DNA of 32,000 nt from Microcystis aeruginosa NIES-2549 (GTDB taxonomy: Bacteria; Cyanobacteriota; Cyanobacteriia; Cyanobacteriales; Microcystaceae), in contig NZ_CP011304.1 of NCBI RefSeq assembly GCF_000981785.2, forward strand, positions 2,700,001 to 2,732,000, given 5' to 3'. A program made the position numbers and the translations under genes. The first letter of the stretch is position 1. Each line of letters opens with the position of its first letter. The notes beneath the pieces are model-generated. The model saw only the letters and a program-made list of their open reading frames with translations. It was not told where the DNA came from and made no database searches. Positions 7,963-16,427 of the stretch are shown here, one piece after another.

Positions 7963-8679
7963 ATGATCAATTATTCATTCTCAACTAAAATGCACCAAAC
8001 TTTTGACGCAGCCCTAGAAATTAATCTACTTCATGCCAATCAAACAGGAGCCGATCACAACCGGGAACATTTTGACGAGTGGGGCATTACCTGTTTAAAC
8101 CTGATGAGTAGTCCTGGTGCGGGTAAAACTGTATTATTGGAAAAAACCCTCGCAGCCTTAAAAGATCAATTAAAAATGGCTGTTATTGAAGGAGATATGA
8201 CTACAGAACTAGATGCAGAGCGCCTGAGACAATATGGAGTTCCCGTGATTGCCATTAATACGGGTCGCTCCTGTCACTTAGATTCCAAAATGGTAGCTGG
8301 GGGAATTCATCGTTTCAAAGAAGATTATAACCCCAAAGAGTTTGATTTATTGTTGGTGGAAAATGTGGGAAATTTAGTTTGTCCCGCCGAATTTGAGGTA
8401 GGGGAACACGCCAAAGTTGCTCTATTAAGTATTACTGAAGGAGAAGATAAACCCCTCAAATATCCAATTATGTTTCAAGAAGCGGATTGTCTGATTATTA
8501 CCAAATTAGATCTGGCTCCTTATTTAGAGATTGATTTAAAACGTTTAGAGGCAAATGTTCGTTCTATGAATCCTGATGTAAAGATTATCGCTCTTTCTGC
8601 TCAAACAGGAGAAGGTTTAGAAGAGTGGTTAAATTGGCTAAAAAGCCAAGTCAATATTCCGAGGTTTTTGAATTGTTAA
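7963..8679 (+). CDS. hypB: HypB-type nickel-binding GTPase (GhaB-like accessory protein)
   Basis: P-loop [23 protein letters not shown] (NKxD-like). The true start may be the internal ATG of MHQTFD. Confidence 0.85.
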   Translation: MINYSFSTKMHQTFDAALEINLLHANQTGADHNREHFDEWGITCLNLMSSPGAGKTVLLEKTLAALKDQLKMAVIEGDMTTELDAERLRQYGVPVIAINTGRSCHLDSKMVAGGIHRFKEDYNPKEFDLLLVENVGNLVCPAEFEVGEHAKVALLSITEGEDKPLKYPIMFQEADCLIITKLDLAPYLEIDLKRLEANVRSMNPDVKIIALSAQTGEGLEEWLNWLKSQVNIPRFLNC

Positions 8680-8746
8680 TCAGTAACAGTTTTTGAGATT
8701 GATTTCTGTTTTAATTAGGCAGGTGTTAAAAATTCTCAGATTCCTT

Positions 8747-8782
8747 CCTTATCAAGGGGGGATCAGCACCCCCTTATTAAGG
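8747..8782. repeat. Imperfect inverted repeat (hairpin) of a dispersed cyanobacterial type
   Basis: ccttatcaagggggg / atcagca / cccccttattaagg: a 14-bp stem with one mismatch. Confidence 0.6.
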
Positions 8783-8896
8783 GGGACAGGGGAGATCAAA
8801 GGCAAAATCTATCTTCTATTTAATTAGAACCACTTACTTGCTAATTTATTAGTAAGCTAGAGATATTATCATCGCAAAGACCGACCCGACACTGAT

Positions 8897-9391
8897 ATGA
8901 AACTTTATTTTGTGCGTCATGGATTAGCAGGGCAATCTGGGGATTATCCCAACGATAGGGAACGTCCTTTAACCGAGGAAGGTAAGGCAAAAACTGCTAA
9001 AGTTGCCCAAAGATTAGGACAGTTGGGGGTGAAATTTGACCTAATTTTGACCTCTCCCCTGGTGCGTGCGGTGCAAACCGCCGAAATTCTCCAAAAAGCG
9101 GGTTTAAGCCGTAAAATTGAGCAATTTAATCCCCTATCTCCCAACGGCAATATTCAAGATTGGGTGCAGTGGTGGCAAAAGTCGGACTATCAGCGAGAGG
9201 AAAACGCGATCGCACTGGTAGGCCACGAACCGGATTTAGGCTATTGGACGGAAATGCTAGTTTGGGGCAAGTTTCAAGGAAAATTATCGCTCAAAAAAGC
9301 GGGAATAATTGGTCTAGAGGTTCCCAATCAACAAAATCCCCTAGGCAAGTGTCAGTTATTCTGGTTGACAGCCCCAAAATTACTCCTCTAG
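8897..9391 (+). CDS. sixA: Phosphohistidine phosphatase SixA
   Basis: N-terminal LYFVRHG (RHG catalytic motif), ILTSPLVRAVQTAE, LVGHEP. 164 aa, typical SixA size. Confidence 0.8.
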   Translation: MKLYFVRHGLAGQSGDYPNDRERPLTEEGKAKTAKVAQRLGQLGVKFDLILTSPLVRAVQTAEILQKAGLSRKIEQFNPLSPNGNIQDWVQWWQKSDYQREENAIALVGHEPDLGYWTEMLVWGKFQGKLSLKKAGIIGLEVPNQQNPLGKCQLFWLTAPKLLL

Positions 9392-9483
9392 GAATTAACC
9401 TAGGTGTATCTATCCTTTTTGGGGACTAAGTACAGCCTTTCTCATAAAGATGAAGTATAACCTAATTTGGTATTGACGACCGG

Positions 9484-9531
9484 CTCCCCAAAAGGAAAAC
9501 TTCCTATCTCACCATTAAGATAAATGCTGTA
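9484..9531 (+). repeat. 48-bp direct repeat, left copy, flanking the vapBC-like cassette
   Basis: ctccccaaaaggaaaacttcctatctcaccattaagataaatgctgta. It matches 10720-10767 with one mismatch. Confidence 0.9.
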
Positions 9532-9757
9532 AATAAACCATGCCAAGAGAAAATATCTGGTATGTTGATAAGGCTATATTTTGAGCAACTTTTGTCAATT
9601 TAGCCAGATAATCAAGTTATTTTTTTGATTAGTTAGGGTAAGAACATTACTACAGCCTTGTCATCGGAGTCAGCGATGGGAATTTGGCCGCTATTGTTTT
9701 CCTAATGGCGGGTTATACTAGAAGTCAAATCCTTTCCGTTATTTATTCGTTAAAAAA

Positions 9758-10195
9758 ATGACACGAGATACTCTACATATAAGCACTCAGGTTTTACCCG
9801 GTAATAAAATTGAAATTGCCACCCCTGAATTAAATGTGGGTGAGGTGGTTGAAGTTTTGATACTTGCCAAAACTCCTCAAAATAATCAAGATAAAAATCA
9901 ATCTGATCCCTTAATAGGTTTATTTAAAAGTTACCCCGATTTAGCAACTCAATCTGAAGAAAGTGTACAAGGTTATCCAGTTTATCTAGAGCAGACGGAG
10001 GGAGATTTAGCTAAGAATGGAAAAAATATTGAGCAACTTAATAATAATTCCAATATCGGTCAAACACAGTTGGGTTTTGGAGAATTTATTCAAAAATTTC
10101 GCCAAGAACATAATCTAGAACAAAATGGTATTGAATCAGAAGAACTTTTGGAGGGAGTGCGCGATTTATCCTCGGGAAGCGAGATAATTTGGTGA
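9758..10195 (+). CDS. Antitoxin-like protein, unusually long (145 aa), upstream partner of the PIN toxin
   Basis: Its stop TGA (10193-10195) overlaps the GTG (10192-10194) of the PIN-domain ORF. The middle and C-terminal regions are acidic and low-complexity. Confidence 0.55.
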   Translation: MTRDTLHISTQVLPGNKIEIATPELNVGEVVEVLILAKTPQNNQDKNQSDPLIGLFKSYPDLATQSEESVQGYPVYLEQTEGDLAKNGKNIEQLNNNSNIGQTQLGFGEFIQKFRQEHNLEQNGIESEELLEGVRDLSSGSEIIW

Positions 10196-10608
10196 ATTTA
10201 CGTTTTTTACTCGATAGTAATATCTTATCAGAGCCTTTACGACCTCAACCGAATACAAAGGTTATGGAAAAACTACTTGAACATCAGCAAGAAATCGCTA
10301 CAGCGACAGTTGTTTTGCATGAGCTTCTATTTGGCTGTTATCGTCTTCCTGATTCAACAAAACGAAAAAATATTGAGGAATATCTCAAAGAAACTGAATT
10401 AATATTACCTTTATTATCTTATGATCACAAGGCTGCCATCTGGCACGCACAAGAAAGATCACGTCTTGTTAAATTGGGCAAAACACCGCCTTTTGCTGAT
10501 GGTCAAATTGCAGCAGTTGCCTACGTTAATCAACTTATTTTAGTCACTAATAATATCTCAGATTATCGAGAATTTCAGGGACTTAAAATAGAAAATTGGC
10601 ATTATTAA
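10192..10608 (+). CDS. vapC: PIN-domain ribonuclease toxin (VapC/FitB-like)
   Basis: FLLDSNILSE (first acidic PIN residue), VLHELLFG, LVTNNISDY (C-terminal acidic motif). The GTGA overlap with the upstream ORF favours the GTG at 10192 over the TTG at 10189. Confidence 0.8.
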   Translation: MNLRFLLDSNILSEPLRPQPNTKVMEKLLEHQQEIATATVVLHELLFGCYRLPDSTKRKNIEEYLKETELILPLLSYDHKAAIWHAQERSRLVKLGKTPPFADGQIAAVAYVNQLILVTNNISDYREFQGLKIENWHY

Positions 10609-10719
10609 TTCAGGGAACGTAAACCTGATAACTTCCGTCCCCTTCAAAATTTGTTAATCCTCTGTATTGTCCTCTTAATTGCACTTTTTAGACAGCAATG
10701 CACCTAAACCTATCGGAGT

Positions 10720-10767
10720 CTCCCCAAAAGGAAAACTTCCTATCTCACCATTCAGATAAATGCTGTA
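10720..10767 (+). repeat. 48-bp direct repeat, right copy
   Basis: ctccccaaaaggaaaacttcctatctcaccattcagataaatgctgta. Confidence 0.9.
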
Positions 10768-10920
10768 TCCAGTTTTCTTACCCGGTGTCCGTCAACCGGG
10801 AGGAATGCCGATAGCTGGTTAAAACCAGTAAGACAGGGCGGAGAGAGTAACTAAAGACCATTTTTTTGGTAAGATCAAAGCTAAACTAACCATCACGCCC
10901 TCTTGAGGAAAGATTTATTT

Positions 10921-11208
10921 ATGAGCGATATAGGGTTTATTTTGACGATAATCAACAATTTCCTGCAAATTTACTCGGTAATCCTAATTGTTAGGGTTTT
11001 ACTGACTTGGTTCCAAAATGCCGGTTGGGCCTATCAGATTATGTCTTTTCTCAGTCCGATTACCGATCCCTATTTAAACCTCTTTCGCTCGATTATCCCA
11101 CCCCTAGGCGGGATGGACTTGTCCCCGATTCTCGCATTCCTGCTGCTCAACGTCGTTCAGAGTGTCGTAGCCACAGGGGCCAGCAGTCTGGTCAGCAGCA
11201 GTTTCTAA
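10921..11208 (+). CDS. YggT-family (Ycf19-like) membrane protein
   Basis: IYSVILIVRVLLTWF...ITDPYLNLFRSIIPPLGGMDLSPILAFLLL is the YggT repeat signature. The ATG at 10921 is preferred over the TTG at 10903. Confidence 0.8.
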   Translation: MSDIGFILTIINNFLQIYSVILIVRVLLTWFQNAGWAYQIMSFLSPITDPYLNLFRSIIPPLGGMDLSPILAFLLLNVVQSVVATGASSLVSSSF

Positions 11209-11645
11209 ATACGCGGATCCACACTACTGGTAAAACCGGAAGCTTTGAATTTTTCCAGTCGCAAGGGGGTTGGTTGATTGGTAGAAACAGAAATTCTGAT
11301 CTCGAAATCACTAATCCCCGGTGGCACTTCGGGAATTGCCCCGACTCGGCTACGATTTTGTAAAGCCGGTTCCCCGTTAGCATCGTAAATCCGACCAAAA
11401 ACATCGGCATCATAGACGGTTTTTCCAGAATTATTTTTAGCCTTGCCGGTGATTAAAAAACAATTAGCAGGAAAACTGGTTCCCCCACTGGTGACACTCC
11501 CCTCGGCTAATTCGGGGGGACAGTCTTTATAAGATACATCTAATAGTTGAATTGGGGTCAAAGCTTGAGCAGTAGGGATGATAAGCCAGCTAGACAGCCA
11601 GAAGAGAGCAGAAAGGAGCAAAACAGTGAGCGAGCGTGGTGTCAT
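11205..11645 (-). CDS. Hypothetical secreted protein with signal peptide
   Basis: N-terminal RSLTVLLLSALFWLSSWLIIPTAQA looks like a cleavable signal peptide. Convergent 4-nt overlap with the yggT-like stop. Confidence 0.6.
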   Translation of the reverse strand: MTPRSLTVLLLSALFWLSSWLIIPTAQALTPIQLLDVSYKDCPPELAEGSVTSGGTSFPANCFLITGKAKNNSGKTVYDADVFGRIYDANGEPALQNRSRVGAIPEVPPGISDFEIRISVSTNQPTPLRLEKFKASGFTSSVDPRI

Positions 11646-11785
11646 AGAAGAGTGATTTTACGGTATGATTTCCCCAATACTTAGATTATCGTGGATCGTC
11701 ACCCTTTGAAATCAGCTTTTTTAGGACTCTCATGGGAATGGATTCCCACAGACGCTCCCGATAGTTGCGACGGGTTTACCTGTGA

Positions 11786-11826
11786 GGTAATAGGTGTAGG
11801 GCTAATTCATGAATTAGCCCTACAAT
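11786..11826. repeat. Second copy of the GTAGGG(G/C)TAATTCATGAATTA(C/G)CCCTAC palindrome
   Basis: ggtaataggtgtagggctaattcatgaattagccctacaat. It differs from the 5821 copy by a compensatory G/C swap in both arms. Confidence 0.9.
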
Positions 11827-12116
11827 GGGCGTTGTCAAATTGAAAGATGCTCCGAATCAGCACCGGAACTGAAATTACTTTGATAGCAAGGATTGCATTG
11901 CATCTTTACCTATTCTGATCTGACAACGCCGTAAATGAAAGTGAGGATGATTCCCCCCCTGTTAGTTGCCGTATTCGCTTTCAAAACGGTGAAGAATGGG
12001 AAATACAAGGAATATATCAGTGGAATCGCCCTAATTGGCGTTTTCTGACCTGAAGGAAGATCACTGCTCGGTTATCGGCTAAAATTTAAGATATGTAAAG
12101 AAGGGAGATAAATTTT

Positions 12117-12377
12117 ATGGCCGCTAATGTTGAGATCTATACTTGGAGTTCCTGTCCTTTCTGTATCCGCGCCAAGGCATTACTCAAGAAAAAAGGAGTC
12201 GAGTTTACCGAATATTGTATCGATGGCGATGAAAGAGCGCGAGCCAAAATGTCCGATCGAGCCAATGGTCGTACAAGTGTACCACAAATTTTTATAAACG
12301 ATCAACACATCGGGGGCTGCGATGACATCTATGCTTTAGATAGAAGTGGTGGTTTAGCTCCCCTGTTGCAGAATTAA
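12117..12377 (+). CDS. grxC: Glutaredoxin 3 (CPFC active site)
   Basis: VEIYTWSSCPFCIRAK, TSVPQIFINDQHIGGCDD. 86 aa. Confidence 0.9.
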   Translation: MAANVEIYTWSSCPFCIRAKALLKKKGVEFTEYCIDGDERARAKMSDRANGRTSVPQIFINDQHIGGCDDIYALDRSGGLAPLLQN

Positions 12378-12392
12378 GGATAAAAACTATTA

Positions 12393-13373
12393 ATGAAACT
12401 AGCCTTTATTATCGATCCGATCGAATATCTAGATCCGGGCCATGATACCAGTGTAGCTATCATGGAAGCAGCCCAACTATTAGGTCATGAAATCTGGATA
12501 ACTTCCATCACGGCTCTCAGTGCAATTGCGGGAAAAGCTTGGGCAAAACTAACCAGAATTGAACTGGTTCCTGTGGAGTTAAAAGATAATCATTGGGTGG
12601 CTGTATCTCAATGGTATCAAAGACAAGAGACAGTTTTTACCTGCCTAGAAAACTTCGATTTTGTCTGGATGCGAAAAGACCCACCCGTGACAATTGCCTA
12701 TCTTTATGCCACCTATTTATTAGACCTGATCGACCCACAAAAAACCCAAGTAATTAACTCAACTAGGGGTTTACGCCATGCCAATGAAAAGTTATATACT
12801 ATTCACTTTGCTCAGGTAATGCCCGCCACAATTGTTTCCCAAGATAAAGCAACGATTAGGGAATTTGTCAACCAAAAAGGGGCGGCAGTTATGAAACCTT
12901 TAGGGGGCAAAGCAGGGGAGGGAATTTTATTTCTTAGTCCCGAAGATCGCAATCTCAATTCAATGATTGAAATTAGCACAAAATGGGGACAAGAACCGGT
13001 AATGATTCAAGATTATTTACCAGCTGCCCAAGAAGGAGATAAACGCATTATTGTTCTCAATGGTGAACCCATCGGGGCAGTTAATCGCATTCCCACCGGT
13101 TCGGAATTTCGCGGTAATATGGCGGTGGGTGGACGGGTGGCAAAAACAGAAATCAGCGATCAAGAATTAGAAATCTGTGCCACTTTAGCCCCAAAATTAC
13201 GAGAAGATGGCCTATATTTTGTCGGATTAGATGTGATTGGTGGCTACCTCACGGAAGTTAATGTCACCAGTCCCACCGGCATTCGCGAGATCGATCGATT
13301 AAACAATGTTAGTTTAGGTCAACAGGTGATTAAATGGCTAGAAAGTTTTGCTGGTGCCAAGGAGCTGCCTTGA
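12393..13373 (+). CDS. gshB: Glutathione synthetase (ATP-grasp)
   Basis: MKLAFIIDPIE..DTS, VWMRKDPP, NEKLY, KPLGGKAGEGI, GDKRIIVLNGEP, EVNVTSPTG. Adjacent to grxC. Confidence 0.9.
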   Translation: MKLAFIIDPIEYLDPGHDTSVAIMEAAQLLGHEIWITSITALSAIAGKAWAKLTRIELVPVELKDNHWVAVSQWYQRQETVFTCLENFDFVWMRKDPPVTIAYLYATYLLDLIDPQKTQVINSTRGLRHANEKLYTIHFAQVMPATIVSQDKATIREFVNQKGAAVMKPLGGKAGEGILFLSPEDRNLNSMIEISTKWGQEPVMIQDYLPAAQEGDKRIIVLNGEPIGAVNRIPTGSEFRGNMAVGGRVAKTEISDQELEICATLAPKLREDGLYFVGLDVIGGYLTEVNVTSPTGIREIDRLNNVSLGQQVIKWLESFAGAKELP

Positions 13374-13523
13374 CACACAATATTTAAGGCTCTTAAAATA
13401 TCCTTCAGGTAGAACAGGGGAACGAGATAAGAGAGTAGGAAACTTCTATTTAATACTGCTCACTTAAAACTCAAATCTGATAACTGATAACTTACCCACT
13501 GATAACTGATAACTGTAAAAAAA

Positions 13524-13835
13524 ATGAATGCTTTATCAATACCGACGTGGATAGTTCATGTATCGAGTGTCGTAGAATGGATAGCGGCAATCTGGTTAGT
13601 CTGGACCTATGGCGATATCAGTAGCGATCGATCGTGGCGAATGTTATCTTGGGGAATGTTACCCGCTTTAATAGGGGCAATGTGTGCCTGTACATGGCAT
13701 TTTTTTGATAATATCAGTGCCTTATCCTGGTTAGTCACCCTACAGGCAGCCATGACTGTCTTAGGAAATTTTACCCTCTGTGCTGCCGGTTGGTGGCTGT
13801 GGCGTTCCAGTAAAATTAGCGTTAACAATGAATAA
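13524..13835 (+). CDS. Ycf49-like small membrane protein (DUF2499-type)
   Basis: SIPTWIVHVSSVVEWIAAIWLVW resembles the conserved N-terminus of the cyanobacterial/plastid Ycf49-like family. Three hydrophobic helices. Confidence 0.6.
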   Translation: MNALSIPTWIVHVSSVVEWIAAIWLVWTYGDISSDRSWRMLSWGMLPALIGAMCACTWHFFDNISALSWLVTLQAAMTVLGNFTLCAAGWWLWRSSKISVNNE

Positions 13836-14133
13836 AGAGAGTTTATTTGCCATTTCCCTGTTTCCCTATCTGGGGTTTCTTTGGTTGGTCACTCGTTCGG
13901 GAAAAATGCCACTTTTAGCCTTAATTGGCTTTTATGTGCTGTTAATCTTCGTTTTTATCACCATTCCTGCCGGTATCTACGCCAAAATTCACTATGGTCA
14001 AGAATTAGCCAACGTCGATTGGTTACACGGCAGCGCCGAATTTTTCCTCACCCTCTCCAATATTCTCGTCGTCCTAGGTTTTCGTCAGGCAATTTTAGCC
14101 AAAAAGCAAACAGAGAAAGGGGAACAGGGATAA
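13828..14133 (+). CDS. Small membrane protein (DUF3593-like), start overlaps the previous gene by 8 nt
   Basis: The ATG at 13828 gives MNKESLFAISLFPYLGFLWLV. The longer ORF from 13780 would lie inside the preceding gene. Confidence 0.6.
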   Translation: MNKESLFAISLFPYLGFLWLVTRSGKMPLLALIGFYVLLIFVFITIPAGIYAKIHYGQELANVDWLHGSAEFFLTLSNILVVLGFRQAILAKKQTEKGEQG

Positions 14134-14354
14134 GGGGTGTGGGGTGTGGGGTGTAGGGTGTGGGGTGTGGGGTGTAGGGTGTAGGGTGTAGGGTGTGGGA
14201 AGTGGGGAAGTGGGGAAGTGGGAAGTGGGGGGTATTTTCAGGGAACAGTGGACAGTGAACAGTAAACAGTAAACAGTAATCAGTGAACTGATGACTGATA
14301 ACTGATAACTGATAACTGATAACTGATGACTGATAACTGATAACTGATAACTGA
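14134..14354. repeat. Compound microsatellite: (GGGTGTR)~10, (GGGAAGTG)~4, (RACAGT)n, (ACTGATAA)~8
   Basis: Read directly. It starts at the first base after the stop codon at 14131-14133 and ends about 45 nt before the ATG at 14398. Confidence 0.95.
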
Positions 14355-14397
14355 ATTGTGATACAATCGCCCCAAAAGGCCCCTGCGTCAGTCAACT

Positions 14398-15417
14398 ATG
14401 TACCCGATTACACCGTCCATCAGTGTCAATGAACCAAACCCGCAGGCTGCTATCCAGACTTTATCGGTAGTGGTTCCCATTTATAACGAAGTGGACAGTA
14501 TACCCCATCTCGTCGAGAGTATCGCCACGATTTTGCGTTCTTATCAAATTAACTACGAGATTATCTGTGTTGACGACGGTTCTAAGGACGGTTCCACCGA
14601 GGTTTTAACTAATTTAGCCAAAAATCGCGATGATCTCAAGGCGGTGATATTGCGACGCAACTACGGACAAACCCCCGCCATGGCTGCCGGATTTAATTAT
14701 GCCACGGGACAGGTCATCGTTACCCTCGACGGCGATTTACAGAATGATCCCAATGATATACCCCTATTATTGGCCAAATTGGAGGAAGGTTATGACCTCG
14801 TGAGTGGCTGGCGCAAAAATCGCCAAGATGACCGGGTAAAACGGCTGTTACCCTCAAAAATAGCTAATTGGCTAATAGCAAAGGTAACAGGGGTCAAATT
14901 ACACGACTACGGTTGTTCTTTGAAAGCCTATCGAGCCGAATTAGTGGCCGATATGAATCTCTACGGGGAATTACATCGCTTTTTACCCGCGTTAGCTTTT
15001 ATTGAAGGGGCAAAAATCACCGAAATTCCCGTTAATCACCACGCTAGACGGTTCGGACAGAGTAAATATGGTTTAGGTCGCACAATTCGCGTGATTATGG
15101 ACTTATTTACTGTCTTTTTTATGAAAAAGTTCCTCACCCGTCCGATGCACATTTTTGGACTCTACGGACTGTTATCGATGGTAGTGGGGATTATTTTAGG
15201 CACTTATCTGACTATTCTCAAACTCGGTTTCGGACAAGAAATCGGCGATCGACCTTTGTTAATCCTGGCCGTGTTATTCTTTTTAACTGGGGTACAATTA
15301 CTCTGTTTTGGTCTTTTGGCAGAAATTTTGATGCGAACTTACCATGAATCCCAAAAACGTCCTATCTACCGCGTTCGTACTGTTGTCGGGGATAGGGGAT
15401 TTTTCAGTGAGCAGTAA
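14398..15417 (+). CDS. GT2-family polyprenyl-phosphate glycosyltransferase (GtrB/ArnC-like, two C-terminal TM helices)
   Basis: LSVVVPIYNE, ICVDDGSKDGS, TLDGDLQNDP (DxD), followed by two C-terminal hydrophobic helices. Confidence 0.8.
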   Translation: MYPITPSISVNEPNPQAAIQTLSVVVPIYNEVDSIPHLVESIATILRSYQINYEIICVDDGSKDGSTEVLTNLAKNRDDLKAVILRRNYGQTPAMAAGFNYATGQVIVTLDGDLQNDPNDIPLLLAKLEEGYDLVSGWRKNRQDDRVKRLLPSKIANWLIAKVTGVKLHDYGCSLKAYRAELVADMNLYGELHRFLPALAFIEGAKITEIPVNHHARRFGQSKYGLGRTIRVIMDLFTVFFMKKFLTRPMHIFGLYGLLSMVVGIILGTYLTILKLGFGQEIGDRPLLILAVLFFLTGVQLLCFGLLAEILMRTYHESQKRPIYRVRTVVGDRGFFSEQ

Positions 15418-15541
15418 ACAGTAAACAGTGAGCAGTAATCAGTGAAAAGAAATCTCGGAACTTGCCACTTAATATTGTTCACTTAAAACTCAAATCTGAT
15501 AACTGATAACTGATAACTGATAACTGATAACTGAAAAAAAT

Positions 15542-16417
15542 ATGACTATTTGGGAACTTGATTTTTATTCGCGGCCGGTGCTGGATGAAAATAATAAAAA
15601 AAGATGGGAATTATTAATCTGTGAAACTCCGGCAACAATCGATCGCTCCTCCGATACAATATTTAAATATGCCAGTTATTGTCCTAATACGATGGTTAAT
15701 TCCCAATGGTTAGGAGAGGCAGTTACTGCAGCTATCAAGGCAGCGGGAGTAACTCCCAAAAAAATTCGCTTTTTCCGTCGTCAGATGAATAACATGATTA
15801 GCAAAGCTTGCGAGGATATCGGTATTCCCGCTTCCCCTAGTCGTCGCACTCATGCTCTCACTAGATGGATAGAAGAAAGAATGGCCAATTTCTACCCTCA
15901 AGAAGTTGGTTATGATCAAAATTTAACTAAAACTGCTTCCGTGAATTATCCTCCTTTAAACGCTGTTCCCCTTCCCGATGCTGTCCGGGGAGATAAGGCA
16001 GATAAATGGGCCTTTGTCACGCTAGAATTGTCTTCTTTTAATGATTTAAAAGATTGGGATATTAGCTTCGGAGAAAATTTGCCCATACTGGGAATGGGAT
16101 TAGATGAGAATCTAAAAATCCCCGGTTTAGTTATTTTTTCCCCCCGTGCTTTACCCCTAGCTGGTTGGATGTCAGGGTTAGAAATGGCCTATTTAAAGTT
16201 AGAAACCAGTTCTCGTCCTCTGCTACGTTTAGAAACGGGTGCTAGTGATAGTTGGATTCTCGTCAATGTCACTAATGCCGAGACTTTAAACGAAGCCAAA
16301 AACTTTGAAGAAGCTAAACAAAAAGCCAATAATCTGCATTTTTTAGCCATTCAATCTAACCCTGAATCGGAATCCTTCGCCGGTTTTTGGCTACTACAAG
16401 AAGGCTCTCAAGAGTAA
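15542..16417 (+). CDS. Tab2-family RNA-binding protein (DUF1092)
   Basis: The N-terminus MTIWELDFYSRPVLDENNKKRWELLICE is the hallmark start of cyanobacterial Tab2/ATAB2 homologues. Confidence 0.75.
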   Translation: MTIWELDFYSRPVLDENNKKRWELLICETPATIDRSSDTIFKYASYCPNTMVNSQWLGEAVTAAIKAAGVTPKKIRFFRRQMNNMISKACEDIGIPASPSRRTHALTRWIEERMANFYPQEVGYDQNLTKTASVNYPPLNAVPLPDAVRGDKADKWAFVTLELSSFNDLKDWDISFGENLPILGMGLDENLKIPGLVIFSPRALPLAGWMSGLEMAYLKLETSSRPLLRLETGASDSWILVNVTNAETLNEAKNFEEAKQKANNLHFLAIQSNPESESFAGFWLLQEGSQE

Positions 16418-16427
16418 AGTTTAGTCA

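Noticed and set aside
7575-8679. hypA/hypB as evidence for a hydrogenase maturation cluster
   Set aside because: No hydrogenase structural genes or hypC/D/E/F genes are in the window. The genes are tightly linked to the riboswitch-controlled ureohydrolase, which fits the guanidine hydrolase accessory role better.
10776-10850. Structured-looking leader upstream of the yggT-like gene. cttac...gtaag encloses the hairpins cccgg-N10-ccggg and ctgg-N6-ccag. Considered as SRP RNA, a riboswitch or a small RNA.
   Set aside because: The stems are short (4-5 bp). I cannot match the sequence to any RNA family consensus I know (not SRP domain IV, TPP, glutamine, fluoride or guanidine II/III). A covariance-model scan is needed before any claim.
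11007-11413. ORFs 11007..11363(+) and 11192..11413(-)
   Set aside because: They overlap the YggT-family gene and the signal-peptide protein gene out of frame. Their translations are Arg/Ser/Pro-rich, typical of off-frame ORFs.
14134-14354. Possible CRISPR array, given the regular short repeats here and at 5697-5750, 15405-15535 and 31347-31440
   Set aside because: The units are 6-8 nt and strictly tandem, with no unique spacers of 25-40 nt. No cas genes are in the window.
14048-14395. 115-aa minus-strand ORF (…LSVISYQSSVISYQLSVISHQ…HPTPYTPHPTPYTPHPTP…)
   Set aside because: It is a translation of the microsatellite tract (ACTGATAA and GGGTGTR units) and overlaps the 3' end of the DUF3593-like gene. 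It is a repeat artefact, not a gene.
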